DNA from: Candidatus Eiseniibacteriota bacterium
GTDB lineage: Bacteria; Joyebacterota; Joyebacteria; Joyebacterales; Joyebacteraceae
DNA: 60,851 bases
NCBI GenBank assembly: GCA_030600655.1
Contig: JAUVLP010000003.1
Span: forward strand, 1-60,851
Direction: 5' to 3'
How positions within the stretch are numbered: the first letter of the stretch is position 1; each line of letters begins with the position of its first letter. The notes under the pieces are model-generated. The model did not search any database, was not told the origin of the DNA, and saw only the letters and a program-made list of their open reading frames with translations. The position numbers and the translations under genes were made by a program. Below, piece after piece: positions 38,142 to 48,584 of the stretch.

Positions 38142-39437
38142 TCAGTGTTCCTGGAAGATGCTCGTGAACTCGACGACGGCTTCACCCTTGGCGCCTACCG
38201 AGACAGAGCATATGTCCACATCTGCCAGCTCGCGGATTCGCTCAAGATATGCGAGCGCTGGTGCCGGCAGCTCAGATTTCCGCCTGGCTTCTCCCGTCTC
38301 GCTCATCCAGCCGGAGATCTCCTCGTATATCGGACGGGCCCGTCTCAATTCATCAACGGTGCGTGGGAAACGGTCCGTTCTGACGCCGTCTATGTCGTAG
38401 GCCACGCAGACCTTGATCGTCTCGAAACTGTCCAGAATGTCGAGCTTGGTTACGACGATGCGCCGGATACCGTTCAATGCTATGGAGTATTTGAGCGCCA
38501 CAATGTCAAGCCAGCCGCAACGTCTCGCTCGCCCTGTCGTCGCTCCCCGTTCGGCTCCTCTCTCCTGGATCGTCTCTGCGGTCTTGTCGGTCAGTTCCGT
38601 GGGAAACGGTCCGGCGCCGACTCTCGTAGTGTACGCCTTCGTGATGCCTATGACTTCTCCGATCAGGGATGGCGGAACGCCGGTTCCGATTGCGACGCCG
38701 GCGGCCGTGGTGTATGACGATGTGACGTAGGGATAGGTTCCGAACGCGACATCCAGGAGCGTGCCCTGGGCTCCCTCGAAGAGCACGTTCCGGCCGGCTC
38801 GTATGGCAGTCCGCAGTGTCTCCGGTGTGTCCGAGAGGTACTGCGCGAGTCTTTGCGCAACAGGGTGGAGTTGCTCCAGCATCTCGCTGGCGTCGAGCGG
38901 TTCCTCCCCATACAGCCGAACCAGACACTCGTTCTTGCGATCGACGGTCTCCTCAAACCTGGATCGGAATGCATCAAACGAAGCCAGGGTTCCGATGGGG
39001 ATACCGTCTCGCGCGCACCGATCGGCATACGCAGGCCCTATCCCTCTGTGCGTCGTCCCTATCGCAGCATTGCCCCGGGCCTTCTCCTCTGCGGCCTCCA
39101 CTGCTTTGTGGTACGGGAGCACCATGTGGGCGCCGACATCGACCAGAAGATTCTCTCCGACCTCGATTCCTCTGTCGGCTACCCCGGCGATCTCTGCATC
39201 GAGGGCGATCGGATCGATGACCACTCCGGGGCCGATGATGTTCCGGACTCCGGGAACGCTGATACCCGATGGGAGCAGGTGGAAGACGATGGGTCTCCCC
39301 TCAACGGAGACCGTGTGACCGGCGTTAGCTCCGCCTTGGAAACGAACAACCAGATCTGCTTTCGAGGACAGAGCATTCACTATCTTTCCCTTGCCCTCGT
39401 CGCCCCACTGTGTTCCGACGATTACCACGCTGCTCAT
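38142..39437 (-). CDS. purA: Adenylosuccinate synthetase
   Basis: QWGDEGKGK, GGANAGHT, EGAQG, GTYPYVTSS, TTGR.RRCGW. Confidence 0.98.
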   Translation of the reverse strand: MSSVVIVGTQWGDEGKGKIVNALSSKADLVVRFQGGANAGHTVSVEGRPIVFHLLPSGISVPGVRNIIGPGVVIDPIALDAEIAGVADRGIEVGENLLVDVGAHMVLPYHKAVEAAEEKARGNAAIGTTHRGIGPAYADRCARDGIPIGTLASFDAFRSRFEETVDRKNECLVRLYGEEPLDASEMLEQLHPVAQRLAQYLSDTPETLRTAIRAGRNVLFEGAQGTLLDVAFGTYPYVTSSYTTAAGVAIGTGVPPSLIGEVIGITKAYTTRVGAGPFPTELTDKTAETIQERGAERGATTGRARRCGWLDIVALKYSIALNGIRRIVVTKLDILDSFETIKVCVAYDIDGVRTDRFPRTVDELRRARPIYEEISGWMSETGEARRKSELPAPALAYLERIRELADVDICSVSVGAKGEAVVEFTSIFQEH

Positions 39438-39985
39438 CGTCCACTCTCCACGGTTGTCTTGCAGGAGTCGCGTGCGGCTCTCTCGGCCGCCACGAGTTCT
39501 CTGTCCTTCTCATCAACCGATCGTGCGAGGTCCTTTTTCATGCTTCGCAAGCGTTTGCCTATCTCCGGGTGCTTGAGCGAGAGGATCTGTGCGGCCATGA
39601 TCGCCGCGTTCTTGGCGCCGTGCTTGCCGATCGACATCGTGGCCACAGGTACCCCGGAAGGCATCTGCACGATCGAGTAGAGCGCATCAAGGCCGCCCAG
39701 GTTGCCTCCTCCCATCGGGATGCCTATCACCGGCAGCACGGTGAGACTGGCGATGACTCCGGGCAGATGCGCGGCAAGCCCTGCCCCCACGATGACCACT
39801 TCGATCCCGTTCTTCTCGAGCGACTCGGCAAGGTCTACAGTCTTCCTCGGAGCCCGGTGAGCCGAGGAGATCCGCACAACGTACCCTATGGCCAATTTAT
39901 CGAGAAGCTTCGTGCTCTCCCGCATGGTCGGTAGGTCGGAGTCGCTTCCCATGATTACCGCGACGAGTTCTTTTCTGGCTTCCAT
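39434..39985 (-). CDS. purE: N5-CAIR mutase / AIR carboxylase
   Basis: IMGSDSD, SAHR, AGLAAHLPG, VQMPSGVPVAT. Confidence 0.97.
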   Translation of the reverse strand: MEARKELVAVIMGSDSDLPTMRESTKLLDKLAIGYVVRISSAHRAPRKTVDLAESLEKNGIEVVIVGAGLAAHLPGVIASLTVLPVIGIPMGGGNLGGLDALYSIVQMPSGVPVATMSIGKHGAKNAAIMAAQILSLKHPEIGKRLRSMKKDLARSVDEKDRELVAAERAARDSCKTTVESGR

Positions 39986-40045
39986 TCCACGGTCCTTGTT
40001 TTTCAGGTGCCACCGGGTTGCAGAAGTCTGCGTCCCCGGGGCGTC

Positions 40046-41614
40046 CTAGTGCTTGAAGTGACGCTGTCTTGTCATGATCATGGCAATCCGCCGCTCGTTG
40101 GCGGCTTCTATGACATCCTCATCGCCCTTGGAGCCGCCAGGCTGGATAATGGCAGTCACCCCAGCCTCAGCTGCGGCGTCCACGGCATCGCGCATCGGGA
40201 AGAAGGCATCGGAAGCCATTACGCTTCCCTTCACCCTGTCGCCTCCCTTCCACACTGCCAGAACGCTCGCATCGACACGGCTCATCTGGCCGGCGCCGAT
40301 ACCGACCGTTTCGGTTCCGCTCACCAGAACGATGGCATTCGAACGTACGTGCTTTACGACCCTCCATGCGAAGAGAAGTGAGTGCAGTTCCTCCGGTGTC
40401 GGTTCCCGCTCGGTGACTGTGCAGAGGTCGGATTTTTCGAAGATGTTGATGTCCAGGTCCTGGACCAGAAGGCCTCCGGCTCCCAGAGATCTGAGGTGTC
40501 GCTCCGGTCTCAAGTGATACTCGGTGACGTCTGGGAACGGCGCCCTAACGATCCTCCGGTTCTTCTTTCCCCTCATGAGTTCGAGAGCATTCCTGTAGTA
40601 GTCGGGTGCGATCACGGCTTCGACGAAGCGGGTTTCGTGCACGAGCTTCGCAGTTGCCATATCGACGCTTCTGTTGAATGCAATGACACTTCCGAATGCC
40701 GACATCGGATCACAGGCGAGAGCCCTCTCATAGGCTCTGTCAAGAGTGGCAGCCGTGGCTACACCGCAAGGTGTGGCGTGTTTCATAACTGCCGCGGCGG
40801 GTTCGTCGAACTCCCTGACCACGGCGAGCGCAGCGTCCAGGTCCATGATGTTGTTGTAGGAGAGCTCCTTCCCCGAGAGCTGCTCCGCGTTCGGGATGCC
40901 CGGAGACGGACTTCTCAAGCGCGAGCGATAGAAGGCCGCGCTCTGGTGCGGGTTCTCGCCGTATCTAAGATCCTGTACTTTTTCGTACTCCAGGATGAGG
41001 AAACACGGCAGAGCCGAGTCATTCTCCCCGTTGGACGCTATGTACTTGTGAATGGCTCGGTCGTAATCGCGCGTCCTCGCGAAAGCATCGACAGCAAGCT
41101 GGCGACGTGCTTCGGATTGAATCTCTCCGTCGTTTCCCTTCAGGGTCTCCAGTATTGAGGCGTACTGATCGGGGGAACTCACGACGACAACGTTCTCGTA
41201 GTTCTTTGCCGCGGCCCTCAGAAGCGTGACGCCACCAATGTCGATCTCCTCAAGCGCCTCGTCCAACGTTGTGCCGTTGGCGGCCGTCACTTTCTCGAAC
41301 GGGTAGAGGTTCACGACGACCATATCGATCCGGTCGATTCCCTCCATCTCGAGTGTCGCCACGTGGCTTTCCTTCTGAGGCTGAGACAGAATGGCACCGT
41401 GGATTCTGGGATGGAGGGTCTTGACCCTGCCGTCGAGTATTTCCGGTGCGCCGGTCACCTCTGCCACCTCGCGGCACTCAACGCCTGCGGATCTGAGACG
41501 TCTCGCGGTGCCTCCGGTCGATATGATCTCGATTCCAAGTCCCGCGAGCTCGCCGGCGAACTCGATAATCCCCTGCTTGTCGGAGACGCTGATCAGTGCT
41601 CTTGCAATGCTCAT
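40046..41614 (-). CDS. purH: Bifunctional AICAR transformylase/IMP cyclohydrolase
   Basis: ALISVSDK, GRVKTLHP, LRYGENPHQ, GAGQMSRVD, RHFKH. Confidence 0.98.
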   Translation of the reverse strand: MSIARALISVSDKQGIIEFAGELAGLGIEIISTGGTARRLRSAGVECREVAEVTGAPEILDGRVKTLHPRIHGAILSQPQKESHVATLEMEGIDRIDMVVVNLYPFEKVTAANGTTLDEALEEIDIGGVTLLRAAAKNYENVVVVSSPDQYASILETLKGNDGEIQSEARRQLAVDAFARTRDYDRAIHKYIASNGENDSALPCFLILEYEKVQDLRYGENPHQSAAFYRSRLRSPSPGIPNAEQLSGKELSYNNIMDLDAALAVVREFDEPAAAVMKHATPCGVATAATLDRAYERALACDPMSAFGSVIAFNRSVDMATAKLVHETRFVEAVIAPDYYRNALELMRGKKNRRIVRAPFPDVTEYHLRPERHLRSLGAGGLLVQDLDINIFEKSDLCTVTEREPTPEELHSLLFAWRVVKHVRSNAIVLVSGTETVGIGAGQMSRVDASVLAVWKGGDRVKGSVMASDAFFPMRDAVDAAAEAGVTAIIQPGGSKGDEDVIEAANERRIAMIMTRQRHFKH

Positions 41615-43059
41615 CCTGTTTCTCTCCCGGTAGGCTTGGCATCTTCGATCTGGAACGTCTCAGTCCTGTCGCTATCGAGGCGCGCCTCTTCGTGAGGGTA
41701 GCTTCCGTCGAAGCAGGCGACGCAGTATGTATCCATCGGGGGTGGCACTGATGCCAGAAGCCCCTCGTGCGACAGGTAGCCCAGTGAATCAACTCCGATG
41801 AATGCTGCTATGTCAGAAATGGAGTTGGATGAAGCGATGAGCTCTTCCCTGGTCGGCGTGTCAATGCCGTAGAAGCATGGGAAGCGGATCGGAGGTGAGG
41901 CCACACGGAGGTGAACCTCCTTGGCACCCGCTCGTCGGAGCATCCCCATCAGCTGGCGACTCGTCGTACCTCTGACGATCGAATCATCGACGACCACGAC
42001 GCGCTGTCCGGCAAGCGTGTCACTGACCGGGTTGTACTTGATGCGCACACGGAAGTCGCGGAGCGATTGCCGCGGGTGGATAAACGTCCTCCCGATGTAG
42101 TGATTTCTGATGAGTCCGATCGCGTGCGGAATCCCCGATTGGTCGGAGAACCCCATTGCGGCGGAGTTGCTGGAGTCGGGAACGGAGATGACGATGTCCG
42201 CATCAGCCGGACACTCGCGGGCGAGCGTGCGGCCCAATGCCATTCGCACGCTGTCGACGGAAACGTCGCGTATGATGGAGTCGGGGCGCGAGAAGTAGAT
42301 GTACTCGAAGATGCAGAAGCTTTTGGTTTCCTGCCCGCCATCGAGGCGGAATGATCTTGGGCCGTCGGGTCCAATGACCAGAATCTCTCCCGGTTCTATC
42401 TCGCGCTCGTAGGTAGCACCGACGATGTCGAGCGCGCAGCTCTCAGATGCTACCACCCATCCCCCGCTGTCCAGTCTTCCGAAGCAGAGCGGACGATAGC
42501 CCCGTGGATCCCTGACGGCCACCAGACAGCCATCGATCATGAATAGAATCGAGTAGGCGCCTCTTACTCCAGCCAGTGCTTCAGTGAGCACTTCAGTGAT
42601 GTCCGCAGTCGTTCTCCGACCGCGCCGTGAGTAGGCGTTGGCAATGAGATGCAGAATCGTCTCTGTGTCCGTTGTCGTCCTGAATATGGAACCGCCGGCT
42701 TCAAGCTTGGCCCTCAGATTTGAGGCGTCAACCAGATTGCCGTTGTGTGCCGCTGCGAGCGGTCCCCCTTGAAACCGAACCAGGAGAGGCTGGGCGTTGA
42801 CAAGCTGACTCTGCCCGGTCGTAGAGTATCGCACGTGGCCGATAGCCACGTTGCCAGGCAGTCTGTCCAGCACTTCCTCCGTGAAAACAGTGCTCACCAG
42901 TCCCATAGCGCGATGCTGGAATGCCGTCTCGCCGTCCCATGTGACGATCCCCGCGCTCTCCTGTCCCCTGTGTTGAAGAGAGTAGAGACCCAGGTATGTC
43001 AGCCTTGCAGCATCGACATTGCCGGACACACCGAATATGCCGCACTCGTCATGAAACAC
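41611..43059 (-). CDS. purF: Amidophosphoribosyltransferase
   Basis: ECGIFG, LQHRGQE, CIFEYIYF.RPDS, VDDSIVRGTT, Fe-S Cys (C..CF). Confidence 0.98.
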   Translation of the reverse strand: MFHDECGIFGVSGNVDAARLTYLGLYSLQHRGQESAGIVTWDGETAFQHRAMGLVSTVFTEEVLDRLPGNVAIGHVRYSTTGQSQLVNAQPLLVRFQGGPLAAAHNGNLVDASNLRAKLEAGGSIFRTTTDTETILHLIANAYSRRGRRTTADITEVLTEALAGVRGAYSILFMIDGCLVAVRDPRGYRPLCFGRLDSGGWVVASESCALDIVGATYEREIEPGEILVIGPDGPRSFRLDGGQETKSFCIFEYIYFSRPDSIIRDVSVDSVRMALGRTLARECPADADIVISVPDSSNSAAMGFSDQSGIPHAIGLIRNHYIGRTFIHPRQSLRDFRVRIKYNPVSDTLAGQRVVVVDDSIVRGTTSRQLMGMLRRAGAKEVHLRVASPPIRFPCFYGIDTPTREELIASSNSISDIAAFIGVDSLGYLSHEGLLASVPPPMDTYCVACFDGSYPHEEARLDSDRTETFQIEDAKPTGRETG

Positions 43060-43069
43060 GTTTCCTACC

Positions 43070-43774
43070 TCAGGAAGAGACCCGATCGAGAACCTCGTTG
43101 TATGCCTCTATGAATCCGCCAAGATCCTGGCGGAACCGGTCCTTGTCCATGATGCGACCACTCGCTGCATCGTGGAATCTGCAGGTGTCTGGAGAGATCT
43201 CATCTCCAAGTACCAGGCGTCCGTCCTTGAGTCCGAATTCGAGCTTGAAGTCGACGAGACGGATTCCACGCTTCTTGAGAAAGCCGGTCAGAATACTGTT
43301 CACTTTGAGCGCCGCCGTCTTCATCTCGGCTAGAAACTCGTGCGTCGTCAGACCCAGCGCCGTGACGTGCTCTTCCGAGAGGATCGGATCGTTGAGGTCG
43401 TCGTCCTTGAGATAGTACTCGACGATCGGTGGATCGAACACGCGCCCTGTTTCGATGCCGAGGCGTTTCACCATAGAACCTGCGGCGATGTTTCTCACGA
43501 CGACCTCGATCGGCAGCATATCCAGACGATCGACAACCATCTCCTTCTCGCTGATCTTCTCGACGAAGTGGGTCGTAACCCCGGCCTCATTCAAAAGCGT
43601 GAAGAAATGGGACGAGATCCGATTGTTCAGCACGCCCTTCCCGCTGATGATCTCGTGCTTGACGCCATTGAAGGCTGTGGCATCGTCCTTGAATTCCTGG
43701 ATCATGCGCCCGGGAGAATCCGTCTCCCACAGGATCTTCGCCTTGCCCTCATACAGCTGCTTTGTCTTCTGCAT
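43070..43774 (-). CDS. purC: SAICAR synthetase
   Basis: LYEGKAK, FKDDATAFNG, VDFKLEFG, DEISPDTCR, DKDRFR. Confidence 0.97.
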   Translation of the reverse strand: MQKTKQLYEGKAKILWETDSPGRMIQEFKDDATAFNGVKHEIISGKGVLNNRISSHFFTLLNEAGVTTHFVEKISEKEMVVDRLDMLPIEVVVRNIAAGSMVKRLGIETGRVFDPPIVEYYLKDDDLNDPILSEEHVTALGLTTHEFLAEMKTAALKVNSILTGFLKKRGIRLVDFKLEFGLKDGRLVLGDEISPDTCRFHDAASGRIMDKDRFRQDLGGFIEAYNEVLDRVSS

Positions 43775-43815
43775 GCGCTCTCTCCTTTGATCCTGCCAGG
43801 TTGCCGGATCTTTCG

Positions 43816-45141
43816 CTAGCACTCCCCGCATTCGGTTGGTTCACTGAAGAATCCCAATCGTTCGAACACTGCTCTCGTACCCTTCAGATGGCGATCGAGG
43901 CTGAATGCATCCTCCAGCGCCTCAACACTCAGGAGTTCCCGCACACGTCTGCTTTTCGCGATCTCATCTCGGAATGGAGGTGAGCCCTCGGTCCTGGCAC
44001 GCATGGCCGCGGATTGAACGATCTCGTAGGCATCGTCGCGGGACAGGCCGGCCTCCACCAGGAGCGTCAGGACCGTTCCCGATGCGAAGAGCCCCCGTGA
44101 TGACTCAAGGTTCTTGCGCATTGCATCCGGTCTGATATCAAGTCCGCCGACCACGCCGGCGAACCGTTTCACCATGTAGTGAGCGATGATCGAGCTGTCC
44201 GGCAGAATGATCCGCTCCACCGAGGAGTGCGAGATATCGCGCTCATGCCACAGCTCGATATTCTCCATGCCTGCCGCAGCGTTTGCTCTCAAGAGGCGCG
44301 CGAGCCCGCACATCTGCTCACACTTGATTGGGTTCCGCTTGTGCGGCATTGCGGACGACCCCTTCTGTTTCTTGCCGAATCCCTCGAGTATCTCAGCGGT
44401 CTCGGTGCGTGCGAGGAGGCGGATCTCCAGAGCCTGTCGAGCGATCACGCTTCCGAGCACGGCGAGGGCCGACAGATACCGCGCATGCCTGTCGCGCGAG
44501 ACTATCTGGTTTGAGATCTGGGCCGGATGGATCTCAAGGGCTTTGCATACGCGTTCTTCGACAAGCGGGTCGAGGTTGGCATAGGTGCCGACCGCCCCGG
44601 ATACTTTTCCCACCGCAGCGGCGCCCACGGCGACGGCGAGCATGTCGCCCGCGCGCCCCAGTTCGTCCCACCAGTAAGCGAACTTGAGACCAAGGCTCAT
44701 CGGTTCCGCGTGCACGCCGTGTGTCCGGCCGAAGATCGGGGTCTCCTCGTGCTCGAGGGCCAGGATCCGGACACAATCCGTGAGCTTGTCGAGTTCATCG
44801 AGGAGCAGATGCCCCGCCCGCGCGATCTGCACTCCCGTCGCGGTGTCGAGGATGTCGGAGGAGGTCATCCCCAGATGGACGTAACGTGCCTCCGGTCCGA
44901 TGTTCTCTCCGAGCGTTGTGAGGAAAGCGATCACGTCATGGTGTGTTGCTTCCTCAATCTCCTTCATGCGCTCCGTGTCTACAGCGGCCTCGGCCTCGAT
45001 CACGGCCAGAGCGCTTTCGGGAACACGACCGAGTTCGACCCATGCTCGCACTGCCTCGATTTCGATCTTTACCCAGAGCGCGAGCCTGGTTTCGTCGCTC
45101 CACACATCCGCCATCTCCGGGTATGTGTATCTGTCGATCAC
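43816..45141 (-). CDS. purB: Adenylosuccinate lyase
   Basis: MIDRY, HDVIAF, GRTHGVHAEP, GSSAMPHKRNP. Confidence 0.98.
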   Translation of the reverse strand: MIDRYTYPEMADVWSDETRLALWVKIEIEAVRAWVELGRVPESALAVIEAEAAVDTERMKEIEEATHHDVIAFLTTLGENIGPEARYVHLGMTSSDILDTATGVQIARAGHLLLDELDKLTDCVRILALEHEETPIFGRTHGVHAEPMSLGLKFAYWWDELGRAGDMLAVAVGAAAVGKVSGAVGTYANLDPLVEERVCKALEIHPAQISNQIVSRDRHARYLSALAVLGSVIARQALEIRLLARTETAEILEGFGKKQKGSSAMPHKRNPIKCEQMCGLARLLRANAAAGMENIELWHERDISHSSVERIILPDSSIIAHYMVKRFAGVVGGLDIRPDAMRKNLESSRGLFASGTVLTLLVEAGLSRDDAYEIVQSAAMRARTEGSPPFRDEIAKSRRVRELLSVEALEDAFSLDRHLKGTRAVFERLGFFSEPTECGEC

Positions 45142-45154
45142 GTTTCCGAACTCC

Positions 45155-46744
45155 TCATTCCCACTCGATCGTGGACGGTGGCTTCGAACTTATGTCGTAG
45201 CAGACACGATTGACGCCGCGCACCTCGTTGATGATCCGTGCAGATATCCGTTCAAGAACGTCAAAGGGCATCGGGAACCAGTGAGCCGTCATCCCGTCCA
45301 GCGAATGCACGGCCCTCACTGCGACGACATGCTCGTAGGTTCGTTCGTCCCCCATCACGCCGACCGTCTTCACAGGCAGGAGCACGACAAAGGCCTGCCA
45401 TATGTCATCATACAGACCGCCCCGCCGTATTTCCTCGAGTGCGATGGCGTCGGCTTCCTGCAGCACGGCTACCCTCTCCTTCGTTACTTCTCCGAGGATG
45501 CGGATAGCCAGCCCGGGTCCGGGGAACGGGTGCCTGCCTAGGATGTCAGCGTCGATTCCAAGTTCAGCGCCCACCTTCCGAACCTCATCCTTGAAGAGCA
45601 TTCTCAACGGTTCGAGCAGGTCGAGATCCATGCGCTCGGGGAGGCCACCCACATTGTGGTGGCTCTTTATCGTGGCCGACGGACCCTTCACAGAAACGCT
45701 CTCAATGACGTCCGGGTAGAGCGTGCCCTGCGCGAGGAAACGGATATCTCCCTCACGACGAGCTTCTTCCTCGAACACCCGTATGAACTCGTGGCCGATG
45801 ACCTTACGTTTGCGCTCCGGGTCGATCACTCCGGACAGCGCTGTGAGGAAACGGTCGGCCGCATCCACGACGCTGATGGTGATGCCGAGCCTTTCCCTGA
45901 GCCTGTCTATGACGTCGAGTTCCTCGCCCTTCCTGAGCACCCCGTTGTCCACGAAGACCGGGATGAGTCTGTCACCGATGGCCTTGTGGATGAGCACTGC
46001 CATCACAGATGAGTCGACCCCGCCCGAGAGGGCACAGATGACGCGGGAATCGCCGACGCGATTCCGGATACCCTCGATTGCTTCATCGACGAACGATCTT
46101 GGTGTCCAGCTACCCTCTATCTTGCTGAGCCGCCTGACGAAGTTCTCGAGGAGTTGACCACCGCCCTCAGTGTGTATGACCTCAGGGTGAAACTGGAGAC
46201 CGTAGATGCATAGCTCGTCATTGCCTATCGCAGCTATCTTGCCGTCTGAGCTTCTGCCGATGACTCCGAACCCGGGTGGAGGCGATGCGACCTCGTCTCC
46301 GTGGCTCATCCAGACCTGCAGGTTATCGTTCAGTCCGTCGAAGAGCGGGTGACCGGAGCGCGGAGCGAAACCCATGGGACCGTATTCATGCGTGTTGCTC
46401 CTGGAAACACCTCCTCCGAGCGCCTGGGCCGTCGCCTGCATGCCGTAGCAGATGCCCAGCACCGGGATGCCCAGCTGGAAGATGCCGGGATCGGGTTTTG
46501 GCGCGTCATCGGCGTAGATGCTTGACGGTCCGCCTGAGAGTACAATGGCCCTGGTGTTCACGGCTATTTCAGCCAGAGGGGTGTCGTATCTCAGGACTTC
46601 GGAGAAGACGCCGAGTTCCCTTATCCGGCGCGCGATGAGATGCGTATACTGCGAGCCGAAGTCCAGAATGGCGACGCGTGTGTGACTATTCTCTTTCGAC
46701 TCGTGTCCCCTGTTTTTCACAGGCATAGGTGTCCCTAAAGCCAT
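45155..46744 (-). CDS. guaA: GMP synthase (glutamine-hydrolysing)
   Basis: LDFGSQY, GICYGMQ, QFHPE, SGGVDS, IKSHHNVGG, KPPSTIEWE. Confidence 0.98.
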   Translation of the reverse strand: MALGTPMPVKNRGHESKENSHTRVAILDFGSQYTHLIARRIRELGVFSEVLRYDTPLAEIAVNTRAIVLSGGPSSIYADDAPKPDPGIFQLGIPVLGICYGMQATAQALGGGVSRSNTHEYGPMGFAPRSGHPLFDGLNDNLQVWMSHGDEVASPPPGFGVIGRSSDGKIAAIGNDELCIYGLQFHPEVIHTEGGGQLLENFVRRLSKIEGSWTPRSFVDEAIEGIRNRVGDSRVICALSGGVDSSVMAVLIHKAIGDRLIPVFVDNGVLRKGEELDVIDRLRERLGITISVVDAADRFLTALSGVIDPERKRKVIGHEFIRVFEEEARREGDIRFLAQGTLYPDVIESVSVKGPSATIKSHHNVGGLPERMDLDLLEPLRMLFKDEVRKVGAELGIDADILGRHPFPGPGLAIRILGEVTKERVAVLQEADAIALEEIRRGGLYDDIWQAFVVLLPVKTVGVMGDERTYEHVVAVRAVHSLDGMTAHWFPMPFDVLERISARIINEVRGVNRVCYDISSKPPSTIEWE

Positions 46745-46774
46745 GGTCCGCCCTCCACTTTCGAACCGGCCCAG

Positions 46775-47935
46775 CTATCTCCACATCCCCACACCCTGCG
46801 CGCGCTGCATGAGCTTGCCTTCAGATCGGATAGAAGGGGCTATGATCAGCTCGGCGTGTTGCATCTCAAAGATGTTCTTGGCGCCGACGGAACCCATGCA
46901 TGTCTTGATGGCCCCAAGGAAGTTCTGCGTACCGTCGTCGGTCCGCGCGGGTCCCAGTAGGATCTCCTTGAGTGTACCGCTCGTTCCCGTCTTGACTCGG
47001 GCACCTCTGGGAAGGTCCCCGTGCGGTGTCGACATTCCCCAGTGATACCCTCGTCCCGGAGCTTCCTTCGCCCTTGCCATTGCAGAGCCTATCATGACCG
47101 CATCGGCTCCTGAGACGAATGCCTTGCAGACATCGCCACCGGTGTCCATTCCCCCATCGGTGATGACGGGGACGTACACGCCCGTTCTTTTCTGGTGGAA
47201 GTCGCGCGCAGCAGCGGCATCGACGGTAGCCGTTACCTGTGGGACGCCCAATCCGAGCACTCCTCTTGTCGTGCAGGCGGCTCCCGGTCCGACGCCGACA
47301 AGCACCGCTTCGGCTCCGGCCTCCATCAGGTCAAGTGCGACGTCGTAGGTGACACAATTGCCGACGATGACGGGTATCGACATTGAGTCTATGAATGTCT
47401 GGAGGTCAAGCGTTGGATAGGTGGTAGACACATGATCGATTGCGGCAACAGTCGTCTGAAGCACGAAGATGTCCGCTCCTGCTTCCTCGGCCAACCTTCC
47501 GAGTCGTTCGGCGCGTCCGGGGGTTGCCGAAACGGCTGCGGTGGCTCCCCGTGATTTGATCGTCTCCACGCATCTCCCGACCAGCTCTTCCTTGATATCT
47601 GGTTTGTAGAGTTCCTGGACATGGCGGGTGACCTCTTCAGGCGTGGCGCCGGCTATCCTGCCCAAGATCTCTTCCGGATCCTCATACCGCGTCTGGACAC
47701 CCTCGAGGTTGAGAACCCCGATCCCTCCCAGTTTTGACATCTCCACGGCCATCGCTGTGTCCACTACACCATCCATTGCAGCAGCCAGGATCGGTACAGT
47801 GAACTCCATGTCGCGGAGTCGCCAGGTTGCATCCGTCTCCTCGGGGTTGATAGTGACCCGCCCCGGGACGATGGCAACCTCATCGAAGCCGAAAGCCTGA
47901 CGTGCCTTTCTGCCCCGTCCGATGTAGAAACCCAT
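46775..47935 (-). CDS. guaB: IMP dehydrogenase family protein (GuaB3-like, no CBS domains)
   Basis: FGFDEVAIVP, AAMDGV, GPGAACTTR catalytic Cys, DGG. Confidence 0.88.
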   Translation of the reverse strand: MGFYIGRGRKARQAFGFDEVAIVPGRVTINPEETDATWRLRDMEFTVPILAAAMDGVVDTAMAVEMSKLGGIGVLNLEGVQTRYEDPEEILGRIAGATPEEVTRHVQELYKPDIKEELVGRCVETIKSRGATAAVSATPGRAERLGRLAEEAGADIFVLQTTVAAIDHVSTTYPTLDLQTFIDSMSIPVIVGNCVTYDVALDLMEAGAEAVLVGVGPGAACTTRGVLGLGVPQVTATVDAAAARDFHQKRTGVYVPVITDGGMDTGGDVCKAFVSGADAVMIGSAMARAKEAPGRGYHWGMSTPHGDLPRGARVKTGTSGTLKEILLGPARTDDGTQNFLGAIKTCMGSVGAKNIFEMQHAELIIAPSIRSEGKLMQRAQGVGMWR

Positions 47936-47993
47936 CGAGTCCTCCTCTGGAACCCTGTGCGACTATCTCTTCAGGAACGATATCCTATTGCTA

Positions 47994-48584
47994 TCACGTA
48001 CCTCCATCGGGTCTGCTTCCCGGTTTTGCTAACGGGATGCCCTCAAGGCAGAGCGGGCAGTGATCCGGTTCGTAGCTGTCGATACGGCGCTTGAGGAGCG
48101 ATTCGGATTCCTCACCAAGGCTTGGTGGATCGAGGCTGCGGTCGATCAGGAATCCGAACCCCACGATTTCACCTCCCGCATCCCTGACCAGCTTCGCTAC
48201 CTCCTTGACGGAGCCTCCCGTTGTGACAACGTCCTCAACCACGAGCACCCGCTCGGCGGGCGTGATAGAGAACCCTCTTCTCATACTCATTACGCCGTTC
48301 TCACGCTCGGCGAAGATAGACCTTACTCCGAGCGCCCGGGCGACCTCGTATCCTATGATGATACCTCCAAGCGCCGGTGCCACGACCACATCGATGGCAT
48401 CATCGCGGAAACGGTCGGCCAGTAAACGCCCCAGCTCCTCAGCCGCTTCGGGCCGCTCAAGGATGCGGGCGCACTGGAAGTACTCTCCGCTGTGGCGTCC
48501 AGACGTAAGCCTGAAATGGCCGACGAGAAGCGCCTTCGTCTCGATCATGAGTGCAAGCACTCTGTCTACTGTGGCAGTTGTCAC
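47994..48584 (-). CDS. pyrE: Orotate phosphoribosyltransferase
   Basis: GHF.LTSG.HS..Y, VVEDVVTTGGS, KPGSR. Confidence 0.96.
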   Translation of the reverse strand: MTTATVDRVLALMIETKALLVGHFRLTSGRHSGEYFQCARILERPEAAEELGRLLADRFRDDAIDVVVAPALGGIIIGYEVARALGVRSIFAERENGVMSMRRGFSITPAERVLVVEDVVTTGGSVKEVAKLVRDAGGEIVGFGFLIDRSLDPPSLGEESESLLKRRIDSYEPDHCPLCLEGIPLAKPGSRPDGGT

